Below the pieces are notes generated by a model. It did no database searches and had not been told where the DNA came from. It saw nothing but the letters and a program-made list of their open reading frames with translations. Both the position numbers and the translations under genes were made by a program. Of a stretch of 64,000 nucleotides of DNA, positions 16,870 through 25,399 are shown one piece after another (the first letter of the stretch is position 1; each line of letters begins with the position of its first letter). The DNA is from an uncultured Bacteroidales bacterium (GTDB lineage Bacteria; Bacteroidota; Bacteroidia; Bacteroidales; VadinHA17): assembly GCA_963736675.1 (NCBI GenBank), contig CAVTPT010000002.1, positions 352,361 to 416,360 of the forward strand. Reading direction: 5' to 3'.

Positions 16870-18735
16870 ATGAAGAGACTATTTATCCTTTTTCTGGCTG
16901 TACAGGTTTTAAATGCCTGCCAGACTAAAAATCAGACAGATACCAATTCTGACGTACAACTGGCTTTTCGCGAATGGGCACCGGTTCCGCCGATGGGTTG
17001 GAACAGCTGGGACTGTTATGGCCCTACTGTGGTCGAGGCGGAAGTTAAGGCAAATGCCGATTATATGGCAAAATATCTTAAAAAATCAGGCTGGGAATAC
17101 ATTGTCGTTGATATCCGCTGGTATGTTGAAAATGACAAGGCTGGAGGTTATAACCAGACCGACCCTATTTATACGATGGATGAATATGGTCGAATGACTC
17201 CTGCTTTAAACCGGTTCCCATCGGCAGAAAACGGGAAGGGGTTTAAACCACTTGCCGATTATGTCCATGGAAAAGGATTGAAATTCGGGATCCATATAAT
17301 GCGTGGGATTCCTGTATTGGCAGTTAGTAAAAATACCCCTATCCTCAAAAGTGAGGCAAAAGCACAGGACATCTATAGTCCCGAAGGTCAGTGTACATGG
17401 CTCAGGGACATGTACACTATTGTTGCTGCGAAAGCGGGTGCACAGGAATACTATAATTCACTGTTTGAGCTATATTCCTCATGGGGTGTGGACTTTGTGA
17501 AAGTAGATGACCTTTCGGGAAGAACACAGGAGATCGAAATGGTGAGAAAAGCCATTGATAATTGCGGCAGGCCGATTGTTTTAAGTATTTCACCCGGGGG
17601 TGACTTGCCTGAAACAGCCGGTTTTCTAAAGGAAAATGTTAATATGTGGCGTACTTCAAATGACTTCTGGGATAACTGGGCACAGCTTAAAAATCAGTTC
17701 ACAATTCTTGAAAGATGGACCGGGCTCGGGATAACAGGTTGCTGGCCCGACGGAGACATGCTGCCACTTGGAAGAATAGGGCTCAGGGCAGAAAGAGGAG
17801 AACCCCGCAGATCGGGATTCACAAAAAATGAACAATACACATTAATGACCCTTTTTTCAATATTCCGCTCCCCGCTGATGTTCGGAGGAGATCTCCCCGG
17901 CAATGATGAGTTCACACTTTCGCTGATAACCAATAAAGATGTTCTAAATGTAAATCAGCACAGTGCAAACGGCAGACAGCTTTTCAGGGAGGATGACTTA
18001 ATAGCCTGGTGCGCCGACGATCCGAAGACGGGAGATAAGTACCTTGCCCTCTTTAATGCCAGTGACCAGAAACAGGTGGACGAGAGCAGGGCTATCTGGA
18101 AAAGCAGGAATATAACCAATGAAGATTCAGTTCAGAGCATCGATATTGATCTGGACATTACCGGGGCAAAAAAATTATACCTTGTGACATCATATGATGA
18201 TGTTCTGGGATTTGCCGGCCACAGCTGCAATTGGATCGAACCTAAGCTCACAGGGCCTGAAGGAACAATAAATCTGACTGATCTTACATGGGTAAAAGCT
18301 TCTGCAGGCAGAGGTCAGCCTTCAATAAATCAGACCCCGAGAGGAGGTAAACTCACTGTTGAAAATAAAGAATATAAGAATGGAATAAATGCCAGTGCAA
18401 CTTCCATTATTGAGTATGACCTGCCCGCCGGAGTCACACGATTTCAGGCTAAAGCAGGGCTGGAGAACGGGTCTTCCTCAACAGGATTCCCGCAACAGGG
18501 AAGTAATCCCCAACCTGTGAGACCAAACAATGGTAAATTTCTGGTCTTCACCGTCGATCCTGCCGGACCTGAACCAGGCGTAACTGCAGATATTACTGTT
18601 ACATTTGAACAGCTTGGGTTGACAGGGACGCATTCAGTAACAGATCTGTGGACTGGCGAAAAGCTCGGCAAATTTACCGACTCCATCACAAGAACAATCA
18701 ATCGTCACGGAGCCGGGCTATTCAGAATACATTAG
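16870..18735 (+). CDS. GH27 alpha-galactosidase-like glycosidase with an NPCBM-type carbohydrate-binding module
   Basis: Lipoprotein-type signal (VLNAC). PPMGWNSWDCYG and GVDFVKVDD are catalytic-barrel motifs. An internal ~150-aa module (...NWIEPKLTGPEG...YKNGINASATSIIEYDL...) looks like NPCBM. Confidence 0.75.
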   Translation: MKRLFILFLAVQVLNACQTKNQTDTNSDVQLAFREWAPVPPMGWNSWDCYGPTVVEAEVKANADYMAKYLKKSGWEYIVVDIRWYVENDKAGGYNQTDPIYTMDEYGRMTPALNRFPSAENGKGFKPLADYVHGKGLKFGIHIMRGIPVLAVSKNTPILKSEAKAQDIYSPEGQCTWLRDMYTIVAAKAGAQEYYNSLFELYSSWGVDFVKVDDLSGRTQEIEMVRKAIDNCGRPIVLSISPGGDLPETAGFLKENVNMWRTSNDFWDNWAQLKNQFTILERWTGLGITGCWPDGDMLPLGRIGLRAERGEPRRSGFTKNEQYTLMTLFSIFRSPLMFGGDLPGNDEFTLSLITNKDVLNVNQHSANGRQLFREDDLIAWCADDPKTGDKYLALFNASDQKQVDESRAIWKSRNITNEDSVQSIDIDLDITGAKKLYLVTSYDDVLGFAGHSCNWIEPKLTGPEGTINLTDLTWVKASAGRGQPSINQTPRGGKLTVENKEYKNGINASATSIIEYDLPAGVTRFQAKAGLENGSSSTGFPQQGSNPQPVRPNNGKFLVFTVDPAGPEPGVTADITVTFEQLGLTGTHSVTDLWTGEKLGKFTDSITRTINRHGAGLFRIH

Positions 18736-18800
18736 AATTGCAGGATAAACCCGTTATAAGAAATCTTGAAGATCTCAAAGCAAATAAGAATATTAAAAAA

Positions 18801-19811
18801 ATGGATATCATGAAAAAAATAGTTATTGCAGGTGCTGGTGGATTCATTGGAGGACACCTTGTAAAAGAGATGATAAAAAAAGGTCATACTGTCAGAGCAG
18901 TAGATATTAAACCGCTTAATGAATGGTATCAGGTCTCCGACTCTGCCGATAACCTTGTTCTTGACCTGCGGCTCAGGGAGAATTGTTATCAGGCAGTTAA
19001 CGGATATAATGAGGTATTTAACCTTGCTGCCGATATGGGAGGGATGGGTTTTATTGAGAATAATAAAGCAGCGTGTATGATAAGTGTTCTTATAAACACA
19101 CATCTTCTTATCGCATCACTCGATTGTGGCATCACCAGGTTTTTTTACGCTTCTTCCGCCTGCGTTTACAATGGGGAGAAACAGACAGATCCGAATAATC
19201 CAGGTCTGAGGGAATCAGATGCATATCCGGCCCTTGCCGAGGATGGGTATGGATGGGAAAAGCTATTCAGTGAACGTATGTGCCGCCATTTCATGGAAGA
19301 TTTCGGCCTGACAACAAGAGTCGCGAGGTTTCACAACGTTTATGGCCCTTCCGGGACATACGACGGTGGAAGGGAAAAGGCCCCTGCAGCGATCTGCCGC
19401 AAGGTAATAGAGGCATCGGTAAGTGGAAATAAGGAGATCATTATCTGGGGTGACGGTCATCAGACCCGGAGCTTTATGTATATCGACGACTGTATAAAAG
19501 GTATTACCGATATAATGTACAGTAATATAAAAGAGCCTATAAACCTCGGAAGCAGTGAAATGGTTTCGATTAACCAGCTGGTCGACATTGTTGAAGAGAT
19601 AGCCGGATATAAACTTGAACGAAAATATGATCCTGATGCTCCCAAGGGAGTAAGAGGCAGAAACAGCGAAAATACGCTTATCAGAAAATACCTGGGATGG
19701 GAACCCTCAATCCCGCTTAAGACAGGAATGAAGAAGACCTACGACTGGATTAAAGAGCAAATGCTTGAACATCACGTAAGTAAAAAGACAACAAGCCGAT
19801 TCAACAAATAA
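18801..19811 (+). CDS. Extended-SDR NAD-dependent epimerase resembling GDP-mannose 3,5-epimerase
   Basis: GAGGFIGGHL is a Rossmann motif. Also present: NLAADMGGMGFI, FYASSACVY, YGWEK (YxxxK), RFHNVYGP, GGREKAPAA, IWGDGHQTRSF and GVRGRNS. The internal ATG at 18801 is preferred because the listed ORF start at 18648 overlaps the GH27 gene. Confidence 0.6.
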   Translation: MDIMKKIVIAGAGGFIGGHLVKEMIKKGHTVRAVDIKPLNEWYQVSDSADNLVLDLRLRENCYQAVNGYNEVFNLAADMGGMGFIENNKAACMISVLINTHLLIASLDCGITRFFYASSACVYNGEKQTDPNNPGLRESDAYPALAEDGYGWEKLFSERMCRHFMEDFGLTTRVARFHNVYGPSGTYDGGREKAPAAICRKVIEASVSGNKEIIIWGDGHQTRSFMYIDDCIKGITDIMYSNIKEPINLGSSEMVSINQLVDIVEEIAGYKLERKYDPDAPKGVRGRNSENTLIRKYLGWEPSIPLKTGMKKTYDWIKEQMLEHHVSKKTTSRFNK

Positions 19812-19824
19812 ATCCGGCAGGGCA

Positions 19825-20961
19825 ATGAAAAATAAAATAGTCCTTGTCAGCGGTTGTTACGATCTTCTGCATGGCGGACATATCGCTTTCTTTAAGACAG
19901 CTTCGGCCTACGGTGATCTTTATGTCAGTATCGGTAAAGATGAAAACCTCCTTAAACTGAAGGGGAAAAAACCTGTCTTTTCTGAATTGGAAAGATTGTT
20001 TATTGTCCGGTCGGTAAGATATGTTCATGATGCTTTTCTGGCCTCCGGAACGGGGATGCTTGATTTTGAGCCTGACATGAAAAGGCTTAAACCTGATATC
20101 TTTATTGTGAACCACGACGGGCATACTCCCGAAAAAGAGACTCTTTGCAAAACCCTTGGAATTGAATATATTGTTCTTGACCGGATCCCTGAGCCCGGCC
20201 TTCCTGCCAGGTCAAGTTCGGGTACAAAAAGAGACCTGCGGTTTCCCTACAGACTCTGTCTTGCTGGTGGATGGGTGGACCAGCCCTGGATCTCAAAAAT
20301 CCATCCCGGATCGGTTGTCGTTGCACAGATATGGCCAGGGATGGATTTTAATTTCCGTTCAGGTCTTGCAACAAGTTCGAGAGAGTATGCAATAAAACTC
20401 TGGGGCAACAGGTACCCTGATGGTGATCCTTTGGAAAATGCCAGGCTGCTGTTCGGAGCTGAAAATCCTCCGGGAACCGAATATGTATCAGGCTCCCAGG
20501 ATCATCTTGGATTACTTCTTCCGGGAATTTCACGTCTTTATTACAATGGAGGATACTGGCCCGAAAAGATTGAATCTGCCATCGACAGGTCAACCTGCGA
20601 ATGGCTGTCGGATGTCATTCATCTTGTAGAACTTGACCCCAGACCACAGGGCTATGACCCGTTAAAGGAGATGAACCTGAATAAACAGTATATAAAAGAG
20701 CTTGGCGAAGCAGGAGATTTATGCTGGGAAAGTATCAGACGAAAAGATATTACCGGACTCGGAAAGTCATTAACCGGTACTTTCCTGTCGTGGAAAAAGA
20801 TATTACCAAACACCGTTCCTGATCCTGTTCTGAAGGAGGTGGAAACCAAATTCCTTTCAGACTATCCGGGAGCAGTTACTTCGGGTGCCGGAGGTGGCTA
20901 TGTAATTGTAGTTTCGGAGAAACCTGTCAGCGGCTCGATTAAGATTAAAGTGAGATTTTAG
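19825..20961 (+). CDS. Fusion of a cytidylyltransferase-fold nucleotidyltransferase domain and a fucokinase/HddA-like GHMP sugar-kinase domain
   Basis: The N-terminus VLVSGCYDLLHGGHIAFF carries an HxGH motif. The C-terminal domain has LAGGWVDQPW, RSGLATSS (GHMP motif II-like), GSQDH and SGAGGGYVIV (motif III-like). Confidence 0.6.
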   Translation: MKNKIVLVSGCYDLLHGGHIAFFKTASAYGDLYVSIGKDENLLKLKGKKPVFSELERLFIVRSVRYVHDAFLASGTGMLDFEPDMKRLKPDIFIVNHDGHTPEKETLCKTLGIEYIVLDRIPEPGLPARSSSGTKRDLRFPYRLCLAGGWVDQPWISKIHPGSVVVAQIWPGMDFNFRSGLATSSREYAIKLWGNRYPDGDPLENARLLFGAENPPGTEYVSGSQDHLGLLLPGISRLYYNGGYWPEKIESAIDRSTCEWLSDVIHLVELDPRPQGYDPLKEMNLNKQYIKELGEAGDLCWESIRRKDITGLGKSLTGTFLSWKKILPNTVPDPVLKEVETKFLSDYPGAVTSGAGGGYVIVVSEKPVSGSIKIKVRF

Positions 20962-21077
20962 CCTGTCGGACCGATACAGAAACCGCAGGGTTTAACGGAT
21001 ATTACCGGATGCAAAATTAATCTTTCAACATACTTGGTGGAACTATTAAACAGGTAACCAGATAAAAAACCAGAGAA

Positions 21078-22598
21078 ATGAAAAGTAAAATTTCCAGACA
21101 ATTGATTATTACAGGTTTCTGTGCCATGATTTTTTCCATGGCGCTGCATGCCCAGGAAGCGAAACTTCCGATCGCTGAAGGACCTTTCAGCCCGTCTGAC
21201 GAATCGCTGTTACAATACCAGTATCCCGAATGGTTCCGCGATGCCAAATTTGGTATCTGGTCGCACTGGGGACCCCAGGCAGTTCCCCGCCAGGGCGACT
21301 GGTATGCAAAAAGAATGTACCAGGAGAAAGATCCCGCTTATAAATACCATCTTGAAAATTATGGTCATCCATCAGTTTTCGGTTACAAAGATATAATCCC
21401 GCTCTGGAAAGCTGAGAAGTGGGATCCCGACAAACTTATGGAACTCTATAAAAAAGCCGGGGCAAAGTATTTTGTGAGTATGGCAACACATCACGACAAT
21501 TTTTTTCTTTGGGATTCAAAGATCCACAAGTGGAACTCCGTGAACATGGGTCCGGAAAAGGATGTGGTCGGTCTATGGCAGGAAGCAGCAAGGAAACAGG
21601 ACATGAAGTTCGGAGTTTCAGAACATCTCGGTGCAAGTTATACATGGTTCCAGAATGCTCACTTATCTGATAAGGAAGGGCCAAAAGCAGGTGTCCCTTA
21701 TGACGGAGCGGATCCTGAATACAACGATCTCTACCATGCAAAAACCACACCCGACGATAAAGGATGGTTAACCAATAACCTTATTTCCCAGGTCGAATGG
21801 TTCAGAAGCATAAAGGAACTGCTGGACAACTACAACCCCGATCTGCTTTATTCCGACAGTCAGATGCCATTCGAAAATATCGGGAGAAGTCTGGTCGCTC
21901 ATTACTATAACCAGAATATTGATAGTAACAATAACCCCGTGGTTGTCTATACCTGCAAACAGAGTTCCGGAGGAAAATGGGTACAGGATGTGGAACGGGG
22001 TGTTCTTGATACTGTCAGCCCTTTTCCCTGGCAGACCGACACCTCCATCGGGGACTGGTATTACCGGACAGGGCAGAAATACAAATCTGCAAATGAGGTT
22101 ATACAGATGCTGGTTGATATTGTAAGCAAGAACGGGAACCTTCTTATAAATGTTGTTCAGACACCCGAAGGAGACCTTGAGCCTGATATGCTTAATATCC
22201 TTGAAGGTATCGGGATATGGACCTCTGCAAACGGTGAAGGCATTTACGGAAGCCGCCCATGGAAAACATTCGGTGAACTCTCAGCAGAATCAAAAGCATT
22301 TAAAAAAGGGCGCTTTAACGAGAACTATCAGTTCAACTCAAAAGATATTCGCTTTACGACCAGGGATGGTTTCCTTTACGCCTTCTGCCTGGGAACTCCT
22401 ACAGAGGATATTGTGGTAAAATCTCTTGGGACGACCTCAAAATTTGAATCAACACCGGTAGTATCAGTTAAAATGCTTGGCAGCGAACAGAAAATCAGGT
22501 TTTCGCAGAATGAGTCAGGACTGGTCATTAAAAAACCGGCTAAACTGCCTGCATGGCAGGTAATCGGATTTAAAATAGAGTTTAAGGCAACAGAATAA
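21078..22598 (+). CDS. GH29 alpha-L-fucosidase
   Basis: Signal peptide, KFGIWSHWGP, YFVSMATHHDNFFLWDS and a C-terminal beta-sandwich. Confidence 0.8.
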   Translation: MKSKISRQLIITGFCAMIFSMALHAQEAKLPIAEGPFSPSDESLLQYQYPEWFRDAKFGIWSHWGPQAVPRQGDWYAKRMYQEKDPAYKYHLENYGHPSVFGYKDIIPLWKAEKWDPDKLMELYKKAGAKYFVSMATHHDNFFLWDSKIHKWNSVNMGPEKDVVGLWQEAARKQDMKFGVSEHLGASYTWFQNAHLSDKEGPKAGVPYDGADPEYNDLYHAKTTPDDKGWLTNNLISQVEWFRSIKELLDNYNPDLLYSDSQMPFENIGRSLVAHYYNQNIDSNNNPVVVYTCKQSSGGKWVQDVERGVLDTVSPFPWQTDTSIGDWYYRTGQKYKSANEVIQMLVDIVSKNGNLLINVVQTPEGDLEPDMLNILEGIGIWTSANGEGIYGSRPWKTFGELSAESKAFKKGRFNENYQFNSKDIRFTTRDGFLYAFCLGTPTEDIVVKSLGTTSKFESTPVVSVKMLGSEQKIRFSQNESGLVIKKPAKLPAWQVIGFKIEFKATE

Positions 22599-22614
22599 AA
22601 TCAGTTCACTAAGA

Positions 22615-23031
22615 ATGGAGTTCAAATATAAAAGGTATTGCAAGATCCTTACCCTCAGGGATGACCCTGACCTTATCAGACAGTATAAAGAGGTACATGG
22701 CATTAACAGGGCCTGGCCGGAAATAACCCGGGGAATGAAGGATGTTGGTATTATAGATATGGAGATCTATATTCATGAGAATACTCTTTTCATGATAATG
22801 GATACCACTGTTCAGTTTGATCACGGGAAAGCGATGATGGCACTTGCTTCAATGCCACGACAGCAGGAGTGGGAGAAATTTGTGTCGGAATTTCAGGTTT
22901 CGGCTTCCGATGCCAGTGCCGGAGCTAAATGGACTCTTATGGAACGGATCTATGAAATGGATCAGAAAGAAGAGTACGGTGCTCAGGCAGGGCAGTTGAA
23001 AACCGTTATCAAACCGGAGACACGATTGTGA
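22615..23031 (+). CDS. L-rhamnose-mutarotase (RhaM/DUF718) family protein
   Basis: YCKILTLRDDPDLIRQYKEVHGINRAWPEITRGMKDVGIIDMEIY. Confidence 0.6.
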   Translation: MEFKYKRYCKILTLRDDPDLIRQYKEVHGINRAWPEITRGMKDVGIIDMEIYIHENTLFMIMDTTVQFDHGKAMMALASMPRQQEWEKFVSEFQVSASDASAGAKWTLMERIYEMDQKEEYGAQAGQLKTVIKPETRL

Positions 23032-23087
23032 TCTTAACTGACAGAGGTGCCGGAAGCCGGCTCTTAGCTTAACTAAAAGGTGATGAG

Positions 23088-24107
23088 ATGGTAAATATCA
23101 CACAATCTGACATAGCCAGGGAACTTAAAATTTCAAGGGTCTCAGTATCAAAAGCCCTGAGAGACCACCCTGACATTTCGCAGACAATGAAAAAGAAGAT
23201 TGTGGATACTGCAAGGAAAATGGGCTACGTGCCCAATTTAATAGCAAGGCAACTTAATTCCCGGAGGACTTTTACGATCGGAATTACCGTGCCCGACCTT
23301 GAAAACAGTTTCTTCTCCTTTATTGTGGACAGAATGATTGACTATGCAACATTGCATAATTACTATGTCATTCTTACTGTCTCGAGAGAAAACCAGGATA
23401 TCGAAAAACAGAATATCGAAAACCTGATCGGAATGAGGGTTGACGGATTGCTTGTGTGCCTTTCGCAGGAATCGACAGACAGGAAAATCTTCAAAACTGT
23501 CGAAAAGATGAAAATTCCGCTTGTTTTTTTTGACAGAACTTTCGATAACCTGAAATTTTCAACAGTTACTTACAATGATAAATCGGGTGCACTGAATGGC
23601 ACTAACATGATCATTCAGGAAGGATATTCAAGGATTGCCCACTTTGCCGGTTACTCAACAACCAATATCGGGAAACTGAGGTTGGAAGGTTATACCGACG
23701 CATTAAAACAAAATAAAATCCCCGTTAGAAAGGAATGGATAATTGAAAGCGGTTTTGAATTTCAGGATGGTTATGAATCATTCAAAAAACTAAACAGTAC
23801 CGGACCCCTGCCCGAGATCATTTTTGCAGTGAACGACAGGGTAGCCCTGGGAATATACAGGGCGGTTAAAGAAGCTGGTTTGAGAATCCCCGGGGATATA
23901 GGTATTTTCGGATTTGGCTTTAATGAAACTATAGATTTCTTTGATCCGCCCCTGACAGTTATTAACCAGGATCCCCGGAAACTGGCTGTTGAGGCAATAA
24001 AGCTTCTGATTGATGAGATAGAATATACCGGTAAAAAACCAAAGAATCGCAGCCGGGTTATTATTGAAGAGGAGTTTATGTGGAAAAAATCCGTTTTACG
24101 AAAGTAA
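23088..24107 (+). CDS. LacI-family transcriptional regulator
   Basis: N-terminal HTH ITQSDIARELKISRVSVSKALRD followed by a periplasmic-binding-protein-like sugar-binding fold. Confidence 0.85.
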   Translation: MVNITQSDIARELKISRVSVSKALRDHPDISQTMKKKIVDTARKMGYVPNLIARQLNSRRTFTIGITVPDLENSFFSFIVDRMIDYATLHNYYVILTVSRENQDIEKQNIENLIGMRVDGLLVCLSQESTDRKIFKTVEKMKIPLVFFDRTFDNLKFSTVTYNDKSGALNGTNMIIQEGYSRIAHFAGYSTTNIGKLRLEGYTDALKQNKIPVRKEWIIESGFEFQDGYESFKKLNSTGPLPEIIFAVNDRVALGIYRAVKEAGLRIPGDIGIFGFGFNETIDFFDPPLTVINQDPRKLAVEAIKLLIDEIEYTGKKPKNRSRVIIEEEFMWKKSVLRK

Positions 24108-24123
24108 TAATCTTAAGGATCGC

Positions 24124-24783
24124 TTAAGACTCGCTTAAAATAAGACCGTCTTTTATCTGAAGTATCCTGTCGGACATGCCAGCCAGTTGCCGGTCGTGGG
24201 TAACAATTATTATCGTCTGGCCAAAGGTGTCCCTTAATTTAAAAAAAAGCTTATGCAGCTCGTTTTTATTCTCCGAGTCAAGGTTTCCGGAAGGTTCATC
24301 GGCAAGGATAACTGAAGGGTTGTTAACTAATGCCCTTGCCACCGCAACACGCTGTTGTTCACCACCGCTCAGCTCGGCAGGTTTATGTTCGAGCCTGTCA
24401 GTAAGATTAAGAAAACCCAGCAGTTCCGCAGCCCTCGATTCAGCCTCAGCTTTGGTCTTACCTGCAATATAAGCAGGGATACAAACATTTTCAAGCGCTG
24501 TGAATTCGGGAAGAAGCTGATGGAACTGAAAAACAAACCCTATATTACTGTTCCGGAAAGAGGCAAGCGATTTATTGCCAAGGCGGCTTACATCAGTTCC
24601 GTTAAAGAATACGGTTCCGTTATCCGGCCTGTCGAGTGTCCCGATTATCTGAAGAAGTGTAGTTTTGCCCGCTCCGCTGGCACCAACAATAGAGACGACC
24701 TCCCTGTCGTTAATATCAATATCAATCCCTTTAAGGACTTTAAGATCCCCGTAAGCCTTTGTAATGCCGCTTGTCCTGATCAT
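24124..24783 (-). CDS. ABC transporter ATP-binding protein (LolD/MacB-ATPase type)
   Basis: Walker [10 protein letters not shown], signature LSGGEQQRV and Walker B ILADEPSG. Confidence 0.85.
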   Translation of the reverse strand: MIRTSGITKAYGDLKVLKGIDIDINDREVVSIVGASGAGKTTLLQIIGTLDRPDNGTVFFNGTDVSRLGNKSLASFRNSNIGFVFQFHQLLPEFTALENVCIPAYIAGKTKAEAESRAAELLGFLNLTDRLEHKPAELSGGEQQRVAVARALVNNPSVILADEPSGNLDSENKNELHKLFFKLRDTFGQTIIIVTHDRQLAGMSDRILQIKDGLILSES

Positions 24784-24846
24784 TGCCTGTGGTAGAGAGA
24801 TAGATGTGGGTTAAATAATTTACAGACCGGCCTGAGAAGATATGAT

Positions 24847-25281
24847 CTAGTCGTTATTATACCCGTAATTATAGTGATTATCGTCAGGTTCATTAATATT
24901 CTTCTGATAATTGCTCTTTATTTCGCCGGTATCTTTTTCTATATTATCTTTTACCTCATTAACTCCGCTCTGAATATCATTTGCAGCCTGATTAACCTCT
25001 TTATTGATGTTTGCGGTCACTTCATCCACATCCTTACGGATATTGCCTGAGATATCACTAACTTCGCTTTTTATAGTGCCGGTAACATCGTTGATATCCT
25101 TCCGGATCTCTCTTGTGCTCTCTTCAAACTCTCTTTTGATGTCATCAGTGGCTTTTCTGAAATCGCGCATACCCTTTCCTACACCCCGTGCAATCTCTGG
25201 CAGTTTGTCAGCTCCAAACAGCAGAAGTACAACGATTACAATCACAAATATTTCCTGTCCGCTCATTTGATTATGAATCAA
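24847..25281 (-). CDS. tatA: TatA/E-family twin-arginine translocase subunit with a long repeat tail
   Basis: IFVIVIVVLLLFGADKLPEIARGVGKGMRDFRKA. The start is possibly the internal Met at 25266. The tail holds six 11-residue repeats. Confidence 0.8.
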   Translation of the reverse strand: MIHNQMSGQEIFVIVIVVLLLFGADKLPEIARGVGKGMRDFRKATDDIKREFEESTREIRKDINDVTGTIKSEVSDISGNIRKDVDEVTANINKEVNQAANDIQSGVNEVKDNIEKDTGEIKSNYQKNINEPDDNHYNYGYNND

Positions 25282-25348
25282 TTATTCATCCGGCTGACAA
25301 AGTTAAAAAAAAGTAACGACTTTAACGTTAACCCCGGCATTGAAGCAT

Positions 25349-25379
25349 AAAAAAAAGAGGGTTCCACCGAAACCCTCTC
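25349..25379 (-). terminator. Rho-independent terminator after secDF
   Basis: The minus strand reads GAGGGTT-tcggtgg-AACCCTC followed by T8, beginning about 20 nt after the secDF stop. Confidence 0.65.
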
Positions 25380-25399
25380 AAGTAACTATTTAATATCTG

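Noticed and set aside
18648-18800. The upstream extension of the epimerase ORF that overlaps the GH27 gene.
   Set aside because: The extension has no Rossmann context. The internal ATG at 18801 lies 10 codons before GAGGFIGG, as expected for SDRs.
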